Source of the DNA: an uncultured Bifidobacteriaceae bacterium
Lineage (GTDB): Bacteria > Verrucomicrobiota > Verrucomicrobiia > Limisphaerales > JADLHS01
Assembly: GCA_964574525.1 (NCBI GenBank)
Contig: CAZNOE010000001.1
Span: forward strand, 23,658 to 65,052
Length of the DNA: 41,395 nt
Reading direction: 5' to 3'
Below the pieces are notes generated by a model. It ran no database searches, was not told where the DNA came from, and saw nothing but the letters and a program-made list of their open reading frames with translations. Each line of letters opens with the position of its first letter. The first letter of the stretch is position 1. Shown here in pieces: positions 29,234-39,165 of this stretch. The translations under genes and the position numbers were made by a program.

Positions 29234-30619
29234 ATGAAAATTCCAATGGGCCAAAAGATCGGGAATTCCATCGTCATTTTTCTCCTCTTGATCGGGTTGA
29301 GTCAGCACTTCGCAGTTGCGGCGCCCACGAAACAAGAAGCGCTGGCGGCATTGCGAAAAGCCGCGGAGTTTTACGTCACCAAGGTCGGCAATGAAGCCGG
29401 TTACCACGGGAGATATACCGTGAACCTCGGTTCCGGTGAATCCGGCAAGAAAGGTGAATGGCAGATCTCTGGGAGCGGCCCGCAGACAACCCAGGGGGCA
29501 ACGCCAACGGTAGGTATGGCTTTGCTCGAAGCATGGGAGGCAACCGGTGATCGTTACTTTCTGAAAGCCGCGCAGTCGGCAGCTCATGGCCTTCTCAAGG
29601 GACAGATGTGCTCGGGTGGTTGGGACGAACGCGAAACCGAACTCAACCCAGCCGAGCGCCAGAACTATCGGTTCCTCGCCGACGGTGGCTGTTCGAGTAC
29701 TGAAGAATGGGTTCGCGATTATTATCTACCCAACGAAACCAGCGACAAGCAGGTTGGTAAACGGCGCAACATGACGAACCTGGACAACAACATCACGCAG
29801 AGTGTGCTGCGGATGTTGATGCGTGTTTATTCGTACTACAACATCAACGACGATTGCATGCTCAATGTGATGGATGCGATGCTCGAAGCAGCGCGGATTT
29901 ACAACGAGCCGAAATACCGGGCGTCGGCGGAGAAGGTCGGCGTCTTTCTCCTGCTCGCACAGATGCCGGATCCACAGCCAGCATGGGCACAGCAATACAA
30001 TCGCGAGATGCATCCGGACTGGGCCCGAAGCATGGAGCCGCCCGCCATTTCGGGCCGTGAGTCGGTAAGCGTCTTGTATGCGTTGCTTGCACTTTATCGC
30101 GAAACGGGCAAGGCCAAATACTTGGAGCCGATCCCGCGAGCCTTGGATTATTTGAATCGCTGCGTCTATGTGAAAGACGGGAAGCGCGTGCTGGCGCGGT
30201 TTTATGAACTCAAGACCAACCGGCGGCTTTACATCTCACCCGGAGCGCCGGGCGTCCGCGCGATCACTTATAGCGACGAGAACTTGCATCACGGTTACAC
30301 CTTCGCAACTCCCGCGGAGCCGCTCGAGAAAATCGCCGCGCAGTACCGCGAGCTTCTCGCGGCGAAGCCGGAAGACATCCGCCGTCCGGAAAAACTCAAG
30401 AGCCTGAACCCCATCACTGAAACCAAACCGCCGGAGATGTCAAAGACCGAGTTGGCTGAGAAAGTCAGCGAGGTCATCGCTGCCCTCGATGAGCGTGGTG
30501 CTTGGTTGGAGGCTGACAACACGGGAAAGAAAAAAGTACAGCCCGGCGAGCGCGTCATCGCCTCAGGCACTTTCGCGAAGAATGTAAAGCTCCTGAGCAA
30601 CTACCTCTTGAACCGGTGA
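29234..30619 (+). CDS. PL10 (pectic acid lyase)-like secreted protein, probably with an in-frame internal deletion
   Basis: NLDNNIT, INDD, AWAQQY...ARSMEPPAISGRES, ARFYE; lacks the AQ..GGWPQ segment seen in the PL10 domain of 32063-34207. Confidence 0.72.
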   Translation: MKIPMGQKIGNSIVIFLLLIGLSQHFAVAAPTKQEALAALRKAAEFYVTKVGNEAGYHGRYTVNLGSGESGKKGEWQISGSGPQTTQGATPTVGMALLEAWEATGDRYFLKAAQSAAHGLLKGQMCSGGWDERETELNPAERQNYRFLADGGCSSTEEWVRDYYLPNETSDKQVGKRRNMTNLDNNITQSVLRMLMRVYSYYNINDDCMLNVMDAMLEAARIYNEPKYRASAEKVGVFLLLAQMPDPQPAWAQQYNREMHPDWARSMEPPAISGRESVSVLYALLALYRETGKAKYLEPIPRALDYLNRCVYVKDGKRVLARFYELKTNRRLYISPGAPGVRAITYSDENLHHGYTFATPAEPLEKIAAQYRELLAAKPEDIRRPEKLKSLNPITETKPPEMSKTELAEKVSEVIAALDERGAWLEADNTGKKKVQPGERVIASGTFAKNVKLLSNYLLNR

Positions 30620-30666
30620 GCGTCAAGAAGGGATGCCCGCAACAAAAACTACAGCGCTTAACTGCC

Positions 30667-32034
30667 ATGAAATGTTTTCGCCTGATTGTCGTCGCAGTCC
30701 TGTGCGCCTGTTGCACCGCAACCTTTGCCGCCGACTCACTGCGCCCGAACATCGTTATTTTCCTCGCCGATGACCTGGGCTGGGCGGACGTTCCTTGGCA
30801 TGGTTCGACCTACAAGCTCCCGCACCTGAGCCGCCTTGCGACCGAGAGTGTGCGTCTGGAATCGCACTACGTTCATCCCATGTGTTCGCCGACGCGTGCG
30901 GCGCTGATGACCGGCCGATACGCCAGCCGCTTTGGTGTCACGGCGGCCCAGAACGCCCGCGCCTTGCCGTTCGACACCGTCACGCTCGCAACAGCGATGA
31001 AGTCCGCCGGCTACGAGACCGCGCTGACGGGCAAATGGCATCTCGGTTCGAAACCCAAGGAGGGACCACAAAAGTTCGGCTTCGACCACAGCTACGGTTC
31101 GCTGGCGGGCGGCTGTGGGGCGTACGACCATCGTTACAAGGCTGGCCAGAACAGCCGGACGTGGCATCGCAACGGCCAGTTGATTGAAGAGGAAGGGCAC
31201 GTCACCGACTTGATCGCGCGCGAGGCGGTCGGGTGGTTGAAGCAACGCGGTGACAAACCGTTCTTTCTGTACATCCCCTTCACGGCGATCCATGTTCCCA
31301 TGGATGAACCGGAAAAGTGGCAGCAGATGAACGCGCACCTCGCCGAGCCCGGCCAACGGTTGAGGGCCGCGTGCGCTTCGCACATGGACGACGCGATCGG
31401 CCAAGTGCTGGCCGAACTGGATCGAAAAAAGGTTCGCGACAACACGCTGGTGATTTTCTTTGGCGACAACGGCGCACACCCGCTCAGCGACAATCAGGGC
31501 GGTACCTATCCCGGCGAGTATGCGCGCGTGCAAATCGGCAACGACAACAAGCCCTTGCGCGGACAAAAAATGCAGGTTTACGAAGGCGGCATCCGCACGC
31601 CCGGCATCGCCAGTTGGCCGGGCAAACTCAAGCCATGCGAAATCCAAACGCCGCTGCATGTCGTGGATTGGATGCCGACGCTCTGCGAGCTGGCCGGTGT
31701 AAAGCCAGCGCAGGATTTGAAATGGGACGGCATGAACATCTGGCCCGTGCTGGCCCAACCGGGGAAAACGATTCAGCCCCGCACCTTGTACTCCGCCGCG
31801 GCGAACTTCCACGCCCGGATGGTTCGCCACGCCGATTGGAAGCTCGTGGTCACCGAAGCCAGGGAGAGCAAGAGCGCGACCGAGGAATTGTTCGACCTGG
31901 CAGCGGATCTCAGCGAGACAAAGAATTTGGCCGCCGAGAAACCCGAACTGCTGGCCAAAATGAAGCAACGTCTGGCCGAGATCACGGTTCGCGACAAAGA
32001 CGCCGTGGTGATCCAGGAAGGGCGCGCCAAATAA
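30667..32034 (+). CDS. Cys-type arylsulfatase (S1 family)
   Basis: ADDLG, CSPTRAALMTGRY, GKWHLG, GDNG; signal peptide from ATG 30667. Confidence 0.95.
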   Translation: MKCFRLIVVAVLCACCTATFAADSLRPNIVIFLADDLGWADVPWHGSTYKLPHLSRLATESVRLESHYVHPMCSPTRAALMTGRYASRFGVTAAQNARALPFDTVTLATAMKSAGYETALTGKWHLGSKPKEGPQKFGFDHSYGSLAGGCGAYDHRYKAGQNSRTWHRNGQLIEEEGHVTDLIAREAVGWLKQRGDKPFFLYIPFTAIHVPMDEPEKWQQMNAHLAEPGQRLRAACASHMDDAIGQVLAELDRKKVRDNTLVIFFGDNGAHPLSDNQGGTYPGEYARVQIGNDNKPLRGQKMQVYEGGIRTPGIASWPGKLKPCEIQTPLHVVDWMPTLCELAGVKPAQDLKWDGMNIWPVLAQPGKTIQPRTLYSAAANFHARMVRHADWKLVVTEARESKSATEELFDLAADLSETKNLAAEKPELLAKMKQRLAEITVRDKDAVVIQEGRAK

Positions 32035-32062
32035 CACCCGCGAGTGATTCCGATCTTGGGCA

Positions 32063-34207
32063 ATGAATTCACCACCGGCAGAGAGGGATATTATGACTTG
32101 GAATAGCCGTCTTTATGGGCTGGCTGCGCCTTTCATTTTTGTTTGGCTGACGATTTCGCAACTCTCCGCAGCGCCGTTGGTCAGCAATGTGCTCACCCAG
32201 CAGTGGAATGATGGTTCACGATTGGTGGACGTACTCTATGATCTCTCCGCTGGGGGCAACTCCATGGAGGTGCATGTGGTCTTCTCGAAGGACGACGGAC
32301 AGACCTGGAATTTGATCCCGACGAAAGCGGCTTTGTCAGGTGATGTTTCCAAAGGCGTGGTCAATGGCGACAAAAAGCACATCGTTTGGAATCCCATGAT
32401 TGATGAAGTCGAAGTCGGACTGCCACGAATCAAGGCCAACGTGATTGCTGTGGACACAGCGGCGGGGACGACGGTGGCCGTGAATTTGCCCGGAGCAGTC
32501 GAATTGCAAATGGTGCGAATCCTGGCAGGCAGGTTTCGCATGGGTTCTCCCAAATCAGAGCGGGGACGATCAGACGATGAAGGGCCGGTTCATAGCGTGG
32601 CGCTCCCATACGATTTCTACATCGGAAAATTCGAGGTTACGCAGGCTCAATGGCAAAGCGTGATGAGCAACAACCCGGCGAAAGTTTATGGCATGGGCGA
32701 CGACTACCCTGTTTTCTATGTTTCGTGGGACGACTGTCAGGCATTTGTTGCTGCGTTGAACCGGCTTGGCCAGGGTTTGTTCCGCCTGCCGAGCGAAGCG
32801 GAGTGGGAATACGCCTGTCGCGCCGGCAGCACGGAGCGCTATTATTTCGGCGATTCACTCAACATTGCGGATGCCTGTGAAAACGGCGACGCGGGAAAAC
32901 TGCCCGGCAATCGCACCGACTACATGTGGTACTGCGGCAGTGGACCGTCCGAGCCTGATCCAGATTTTGGGACCGCGCCGGTTGGCGGGCGGAAACCCAA
33001 TGCCTTCGGTTTGCACGACATGAGCGGCAACGTGTGGGAGTGGTGCCTGGACGAATATCATTCGGATTATCGAGGCGCGCCGAACAATGGCAGCGCCTGG
33101 ATCGACAAGGCGGGCGCGCCACGAGTGCTGCGCGGCGGCGGATGGGGCTATCATGCACGCCACTGCCGTTCCGCGTCCCGCGCCGGTTACACTCCGGGGC
33201 GGAGGTACACATTTCATGGATTGCGGCTTGTTTGGTTCCCTTACGCCAGAGAATCCGACGCGTGGTTTGCTTCATGGGATGCGACGGCAAACGCGGACAA
33301 CATCGTTTCGTACCAGTCCAAACTCGGCGGCTGGCCCAAGAACACGGACATGATCACGCACGGATATCAGGGCGAGAAGTTCACCAAGAATTGGGAGGCC
33401 ACGATTGACAACAGCGCCACATTCACCCAGATGGAATTTCTGGCGCGTGCCTATCACGCTACCGGTCACCCGCGTTTCGAAGCGTCGTTCAACCGCGGTC
33501 TTGATTTTCTCCTGAAGGCGCAGCACGACTCGGGCGGCTGGCCGCAGCGTTACCCGCTTTGTGGCGATTACGGCGACCACATCGTTTTCAATGACGGGGC
33601 GATGGTCGGTGTCATGCGCCTGCTTCGGAACATTGAGCGACGACCGGAATTCTCCTTCGTGGATGCGAAGCGACGTAAGCTTGCCAAGGCAGCGTACGAG
33701 AAGGGGCTGAAATGCATGCTCGATTGCCAGATCAAGGTCGGCGGCCAGCGCACGGGTTGGGGCGGACATCATGATGCAAAAACCCTCGCACCACGGCGAG
33801 GCAGGATCTACGAAGCTCCCGGCATTTGCGGACGCGAGACGGCTTCCATTCTTGCTTTCCTGATGAGCCTGGAGAAGCCATCGCCCGAGACCATTGAAGC
33901 GATTGAAGCCGGTGTCGCCTGGTACAAGCGCAATGAACTTCCGGCTATCCGGCTGGAACGTCAGGGCGGAGATGTGGTCGTTGTTCCCGATCCGACGGCG
34001 CCGCCGCAGTGGGCCAGGTTTTATGACCCGGAAACGGGCCGTCCTATTTTCTGCGGTCACGACGGCGTGATCCATCACAGCCTGGCCGAGATAGACAAGG
34101 AACGGCGGCTCGGCTACGGCTGGTACACGCGCGCAGGTGAGGAAGCCATCCTGGAATTTCCGTTTTGGAAAGCACGGCAGAAGTTGAGCAAATCAAAATC
34201 ACATTGA
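32063..34207 (+). CDS. FGE-sulfatase (SUMF1-like) domain fused to a PL10 pectate lyase domain
   Basis: RLPSEAEWEYACRAG and PNAFGLHDMSGNVWEW, then GGWPKN, TIDNSAT, GGWPQRYP, FNDGAM, WARFYD, ERRLGYGWY. Confidence 0.88.
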   Translation: MNSPPAERDIMTWNSRLYGLAAPFIFVWLTISQLSAAPLVSNVLTQQWNDGSRLVDVLYDLSAGGNSMEVHVVFSKDDGQTWNLIPTKAALSGDVSKGVVNGDKKHIVWNPMIDEVEVGLPRIKANVIAVDTAAGTTVAVNLPGAVELQMVRILAGRFRMGSPKSERGRSDDEGPVHSVALPYDFYIGKFEVTQAQWQSVMSNNPAKVYGMGDDYPVFYVSWDDCQAFVAALNRLGQGLFRLPSEAEWEYACRAGSTERYYFGDSLNIADACENGDAGKLPGNRTDYMWYCGSGPSEPDPDFGTAPVGGRKPNAFGLHDMSGNVWEWCLDEYHSDYRGAPNNGSAWIDKAGAPRVLRGGGWGYHARHCRSASRAGYTPGRRYTFHGLRLVWFPYARESDAWFASWDATANADNIVSYQSKLGGWPKNTDMITHGYQGEKFTKNWEATIDNSATFTQMEFLARAYHATGHPRFEASFNRGLDFLLKAQHDSGGWPQRYPLCGDYGDHIVFNDGAMVGVMRLLRNIERRPEFSFVDAKRRKLAKAAYEKGLKCMLDCQIKVGGQRTGWGGHHDAKTLAPRRGRIYEAPGICGRETASILAFLMSLEKPSPETIEAIEAGVAWYKRNELPAIRLERQGGDVVVVPDPTAPPQWARFYDPETGRPIFCGHDGVIHHSLAEIDKERRLGYGWYTRAGEEAILEFPFWKARQKLSKSKSH

Positions 34208-34242
34208 TTCCCGGCCCACGATTAGAACCATCTTAACCAATT

Positions 34243-36375
34243 ATGAACGCGAAGAGAATCCTGTTGGCCATATTCCCGGGAATGGTGCTCGCCCTTTCGG
34301 CGGCAGCATTTCCGACTGGGAAGAGTTACACCAATTCGATCGGCATGAGATTCGTCCGTCTTGAGCCCGGTCGCTTCATGATGGGTGAAGAGCAGCCCCT
34401 GCCCGTGTCAATCGCCGGCTGGGACGAGCGTCGGGGCAGATCCCAGTTTCCTCCCAATGATGATTTTGATGAACGTCCGGTGCATGAAGCGACCATCAGT
34501 CAGCCCTTTTATCTCGGCATTTTTGAAGTGACGAACGAACAGTATGAACGGTTCGACCGATTGCACGCGCATCTACGGGGCAAAAACGGGTTCTCCGTTG
34601 ATAACAATGAAGCCGCCATTTACGTGAGCTGGCATGAGGCCCGGGCTTTTTGTGATTGGCTCGCCGAGCGCGAGGGATTGCCATATCGCCTGCCCACGGA
34701 AGCGGAGTGGGAATATGCCTGCCGCAGCGGCACGGTCACGCCGTTTTCCTCCGGTGATGAGCTTCCCGCCGCATGCGTTAAGAATCCGGGGCACAGTTGG
34801 TATCCGGTGCTGCCTCGCAGCGGTGGCCGCCGGGAACTGGTGACGCTCCGGGTGGGGGAAACGCCGCCCAATCGGTGGGGGCTTTATGACATGCACGGCA
34901 ACGTGGAGGAATGGTGTCACGATTGGTACGGCGCTTATTCCGCCGGGCCACAGGTTGATCCGGTCGGTCCGGCGCAGGGCGATTTCAAAATCACGCGAGG
35001 TGGCAGCCATGGAACGCCTCCCTACTATTTGCGGTCGGCCAACCGGATGGGCGCACTGCCCGAGGACAAGAGTTGGTTCATCGGATTTCGCGTTGCGCTC
35101 GGTGACATGCCGCGGACGTCTCCCTTGCCCGCGACCGGGACCGTGCGGCATCAGCAAAACGTCCGTCAGGACGTGCCCCCCGGCGTCTTCACGCCTCCTG
35201 ATCCTGCCAGGCCGTACTTCGAGGGACCCAAGCAGTTCGTGAAAATTGAGCCGGACTCGACCGGCCCCCTTTTCAGCTGGCACAATCACCACACGGCAAT
35301 TGCGGAATGCCCGAACGGAGACCTCCTGGCCCTCTGGTTTACGACCGAAACGGAATCCGGCCGCGAGATGGGCGTGGCCGCCAGCCGGTTGCGATTTGGC
35401 GAACGCGAATGGGATACCGCCTCGCCGTTCTGGGACGCTCCAGATCGCAACGACACCGGCCCGGCGCTGTGGTATGACGGCGAAAGAACGCTTTATCATT
35501 TCAACGGACTATCCACCGCGGGCACATGGGGGCCGCTGGCTGTGATCATGCGGACTTCCGTGGACAACGGCGTCACCTGGTCCAAAACGCGTTTGATCCT
35601 CCCGGAACATCGCTCCCGGCATCAAGTGGTTCAGTCCGTCTTCCGGACCCGTGAAGGCTGGCTGGTGCTGCCGTGCGATGCCACCCCGAGCGGAAGCGGA
35701 GGCACCGCCATCCATATCAGCAAGGACAACGGAAATACCTGGGCGGATGCAGGCGGTACGATTGCCGGAATCCACGCCGCCGTGGCTCAATTGCGCGACG
35801 GACGATTGCTGGCGTTCGGTCGCGGCGACGAGATGGGGGACCAGGATTCTCCCTTCCAGTTTCCGGGTTCCAACCGGAGCAATCCCCAGGAATACCGGCC
35901 GGCAACGCAAAGCATTTCCGCCGACATGGGTCGCACCTGGACTTACACGCCAGGTACGTTCCAACCGATCAGCGGCGGCCAGCGACTGGTGTTGCTGCGT
36001 TTGCAAGAAGGGCCATTGTTGGCCGTCTCGTTCGCCAACGAAACGGACGAGGGACGTCCGGTGCCGCCCGTCAAGTTCACCGATGCTTCCGGCCGGCTGC
36101 GTGAGGGTCGCGGGCTGTTTGCAGCGTTGTCGTATGACGATGGCCGCAACTGGGCGAAAGTGCGCCTAGTGACTGACGATGGTCCGGCTCGTGAAGTGAA
36201 AACCACCAACGGCCGGTCCACCTTCAAGCTCAGTCCGGAGAGTGCGGAGCCCAAGGGTTATTTGTCGGTCTGTCAGGCACGAAACGGCGTCATTCACCTC
36301 CTTTCAAGTTGGAATCATTATGCTTTCAACCTGAAATGGATCGAAGCGGCTCCGCCGGCGGTCGCCTCCAACTGA
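34243..36375 (+). CDS. FGE-like domain plus BNR/sialidase-like propeller protein
   Basis: RLPTEAEWEYACR, MHGNVEEW; Asp boxes SVDNGVTW, SKDNGNTW, SYDDGRNW. Confidence 0.9.
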   Translation: MNAKRILLAIFPGMVLALSAAAFPTGKSYTNSIGMRFVRLEPGRFMMGEEQPLPVSIAGWDERRGRSQFPPNDDFDERPVHEATISQPFYLGIFEVTNEQYERFDRLHAHLRGKNGFSVDNNEAAIYVSWHEARAFCDWLAEREGLPYRLPTEAEWEYACRSGTVTPFSSGDELPAACVKNPGHSWYPVLPRSGGRRELVTLRVGETPPNRWGLYDMHGNVEEWCHDWYGAYSAGPQVDPVGPAQGDFKITRGGSHGTPPYYLRSANRMGALPEDKSWFIGFRVALGDMPRTSPLPATGTVRHQQNVRQDVPPGVFTPPDPARPYFEGPKQFVKIEPDSTGPLFSWHNHHTAIAECPNGDLLALWFTTETESGREMGVAASRLRFGEREWDTASPFWDAPDRNDTGPALWYDGERTLYHFNGLSTAGTWGPLAVIMRTSVDNGVTWSKTRLILPEHRSRHQVVQSVFRTREGWLVLPCDATPSGSGGTAIHISKDNGNTWADAGGTIAGIHAAVAQLRDGRLLAFGRGDEMGDQDSPFQFPGSNRSNPQEYRPATQSISADMGRTWTYTPGTFQPISGGQRLVLLRLQEGPLLAVSFANETDEGRPVPPVKFTDASGRLREGRGLFAALSYDDGRNWAKVRLVTDDGPAREVKTTNGRSTFKLSPESAEPKGYLSVCQARNGVIHLLSSWNHYAFNLKWIEAAPPAVASN

Positions 36376-36517
36376 TCCCGTTCGAGCCGCATCTCGGGTT
36401 ATCGTTTTTCGCAAATAAAATGGCTGAATTTCCATTCTCGCCCCGCCGGTTTTCGTGAAAAGATTTGCAGCACGTCACGCTACAATTCGTGGAAGATCGC
36501 TGTTGGGTACAAAAACT

Positions 36518-39115
36518 ATGAAGAGTTCATCGTCAGTCTGGGTGCTGCTCCTGGCGGCCGCCGTCGCACAAGGAGCGTCCACCATTCCCTCGGAGACCAC
36601 GTTTACCAATTCGATCGGAATGAAGCTTGCCCGCATTGCGCCGGGCACTTTCAAGATGGGCCAGGGGCAGACCCCGCTGCCTTCTGACATTCTGCCAATG
36701 TTCCGCGGCCGCGGCCGGATTGACGCGTTTCGTGATGGGGATTTCGACGAGAAACCGGCGCACAAGGTGAGGATCACGAAGCCGTTTTACATGGGCGTCT
36801 TCGAGGTGACCAATGAGAAATACGAGCTGTTCGACCCGGAGCACAAGCAGCTCCGGGGCAAGGAAGGTTACTCCAAGGAGAATAACGAGGCGGTGGTGTA
36901 CGTGGACTGGTATCGCGCAGAGGCCTTTTGCCGCTGGCTTTCGGAAAAGGAAGGTCTCCCTTACCGCCTGCCCACCGAAGCGGAGTGGGAATACGCCTGC
37001 CGTGCCGAAAGCGCGACGCATTTCCACACGGGCGACGATCTGCCGGAGGCGTTTCGGCAACAGGTGAAATCAACCAGCAAGGCGGTGACGGTTGGCCGCA
37101 CGCCGCCCAACGCCTGGGGACTCTATGACATGCACGGCAACGTCGAGGAATGGTGTCTCGACTGGTATGGACCTTATCGCTCCGGCTCTCAAGTGGATCC
37201 TGTGGGTTTTGCCAGCGGAGATTTTCGTGTCACGCGGGGAGGCAGTGTCGGAACGGACATTTACTATCTGCGGTCTGCGAATCGGCTGGGTACTCTGCCC
37301 GAAGATCGTCACCCATTGATCGGCTTCCGCGTGGTGCTCGGGGAGCTTCCCAAAACCAAGCCCTCCCCGCCGCCGCCACTTCCATTGAACCAGCAAAAAG
37401 TGGTTCAGCGCGATCCCGCCAAAGTGTCCGTCGGACCTGACCTGGGCAAACCTTACTTCCATGGCGTCCGGTCGTTCGTGAAAATGCCGGTGGATGCGAA
37501 TGGTCCGCTGTTCGCGGCGCACAACCATGATCCGGCGATTGTCGCGTGTCCCAATGGTGACCTGCTCGCGATCTGGTACACCTGCGTTTCGGAGACGGAC
37601 CGTGAACTGGCACAGGTTGCCAGCCGCTTGCGTTGGGGCGCTGATGATTGGGAGCCCGCTTCGCCGTTCTGGGACGTACCGGATCGGAACGACCATGCAC
37701 CCTCGCTCTGGAACGATGGTCGCGGCACCCTCTATCATTTTACGGGAGTGGCGTACGCTGGCGGTCATTATTACAACGCACTCGTCATGCGGACCTCGCG
37801 GGACAGCGGCGCAACGTGGTCGGCCGCACGCATTATTCGGCCCGAGTACCAGCGCTCGGCAAACATGCCGAGCGAACCGGTCATCCGCCTGCGCGACGGT
37901 GCTATCGCCCTCGTCAGTGACGGCGGCGGAAGCCATCTCTACATCAGCCGCGACGAAGGTCTGACCTGGAACGACCCGGGCGGTCGCATCAAAGGCATTC
38001 ACGCGGGCCTGGTGGAACTCAAGGACGGCCGGCTCTTCGGCATGGGCCGCACGGATGAAAATCCGATGCCGATCTCCATTTCCAGCGACGGGGGAAAGAC
38101 TTTCACCTACCACGACAGCGAATTCCCGGGAGTGGGCGGCGCGCAACGGTTGGTGTTGATGCGTCTGCGGGAAGGACCATTGTTTCTGGCCGGGTTTGCC
38201 GATTTGGGAATCAAGATCACGGATGCCTCGGGCAAGCAACGCGAGGTCCGCGGCGTTTACGGAGCACTTTCCTTTGATGAGGGCAAAACTTGGCCGCACA
38301 AACGTTTGATCAGCGATGACGGTCCGGGCCAGCCCATCGAAACCACCGGCGGCGGTCTCGTCATCATGAGCGAGCGCAATTCGGAGTATCGCGGATACAT
38401 GGCCGGTTGCCAGGGCTATGATGATGTGATTCACCTGATCACCAGCCGTTCGCACTTTGCATTTGATCTTAAATGGCTCACGACTCCGCCTCCGCCGGAG
38501 CGGTATCCTCCGGTCCGGGTCAAGCCCGTGGTGGAAACGTTCGCCGGCCCGAAGAAATTCGATGCGGAAGGCTGGGCCTCGTACAAGGGGTACAACGGAG
38601 GCTTCAATGGCAAGGGCCAGTACACGATCGAATCGCTGACGCATAACAACGGCATCAACCGCATACTCGGCGCCGGTTCGTACGAAGCCACGGTGTCGTT
38701 CAACAACATCCGGTTCTATCACCCCGGACCGAATGTGTCCGAAGGCCTGGCCATCCGCATCTGGGATGCGCGCGCACGGACCTTCTCTTTTACCATTAAA
38801 GAAAACGGCATTACGATCGGAGCGGATGACAAGGACCCGGTTTCCACCGATCCGCGCCCGCGCACAAAAGGCGCCGCGCCTGCGGGGATTGCACTCACGA
38901 AGCCACCCACGTCCGCCAAAGTGAAGCTGGTCTGGAATGAAAAAACCCGGCGGATGCGCGCCTTCTACGGTTTAAACGGTGCAGAGGCCGTGACGGAAGT
39001 GCCCCAAAGTGAAGCCGGCGTTTGCTACGAAAAGCCTTTTACCGAGGCGACTTCGATCTTCTTCTTGATGAGCAACGGTTCGGTGGATATTGACCATTTT
39101 GAAATGAAACCGTAA
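36518..39115 (+). CDS. FGE-like domain plus BNR propeller plus extra ~200-aa C-terminal beta-rich domain
   Basis: Paralog of 34243-36375; signal peptide from ATG 36518 (MKSSSSVWVLLLAAAVAQG); SRDSGATW, SSDGGKTF. Confidence 0.88.
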   Translation: MKSSSSVWVLLLAAAVAQGASTIPSETTFTNSIGMKLARIAPGTFKMGQGQTPLPSDILPMFRGRGRIDAFRDGDFDEKPAHKVRITKPFYMGVFEVTNEKYELFDPEHKQLRGKEGYSKENNEAVVYVDWYRAEAFCRWLSEKEGLPYRLPTEAEWEYACRAESATHFHTGDDLPEAFRQQVKSTSKAVTVGRTPPNAWGLYDMHGNVEEWCLDWYGPYRSGSQVDPVGFASGDFRVTRGGSVGTDIYYLRSANRLGTLPEDRHPLIGFRVVLGELPKTKPSPPPPLPLNQQKVVQRDPAKVSVGPDLGKPYFHGVRSFVKMPVDANGPLFAAHNHDPAIVACPNGDLLAIWYTCVSETDRELAQVASRLRWGADDWEPASPFWDVPDRNDHAPSLWNDGRGTLYHFTGVAYAGGHYYNALVMRTSRDSGATWSAARIIRPEYQRSANMPSEPVIRLRDGAIALVSDGGGSHLYISRDEGLTWNDPGGRIKGIHAGLVELKDGRLFGMGRTDENPMPISISSDGGKTFTYHDSEFPGVGGAQRLVLMRLREGPLFLAGFADLGIKITDASGKQREVRGVYGALSFDEGKTWPHKRLISDDGPGQPIETTGGGLVIMSERNSEYRGYMAGCQGYDDVIHLITSRSHFAFDLKWLTTPPPPERYPPVRVKPVVETFAGPKKFDAEGWASYKGYNGGFNGKGQYTIESLTHNNGINRILGAGSYEATVSFNNIRFYHPGPNVSEGLAIRIWDARARTFSFTIKENGITIGADDKDPVSTDPRPRTKGAAPAGIALTKPPTSAKVKLVWNEKTRRMRAFYGLNGAEAVTEVPQSEAGVCYEKPFTEATSIFFLMSNGSVDIDHFEMKP

Positions 39116-39165
39116 GCCCGGGCGGTGGCAAAAAACAGCGTACTGAAGAACAAGACAACTGGATT

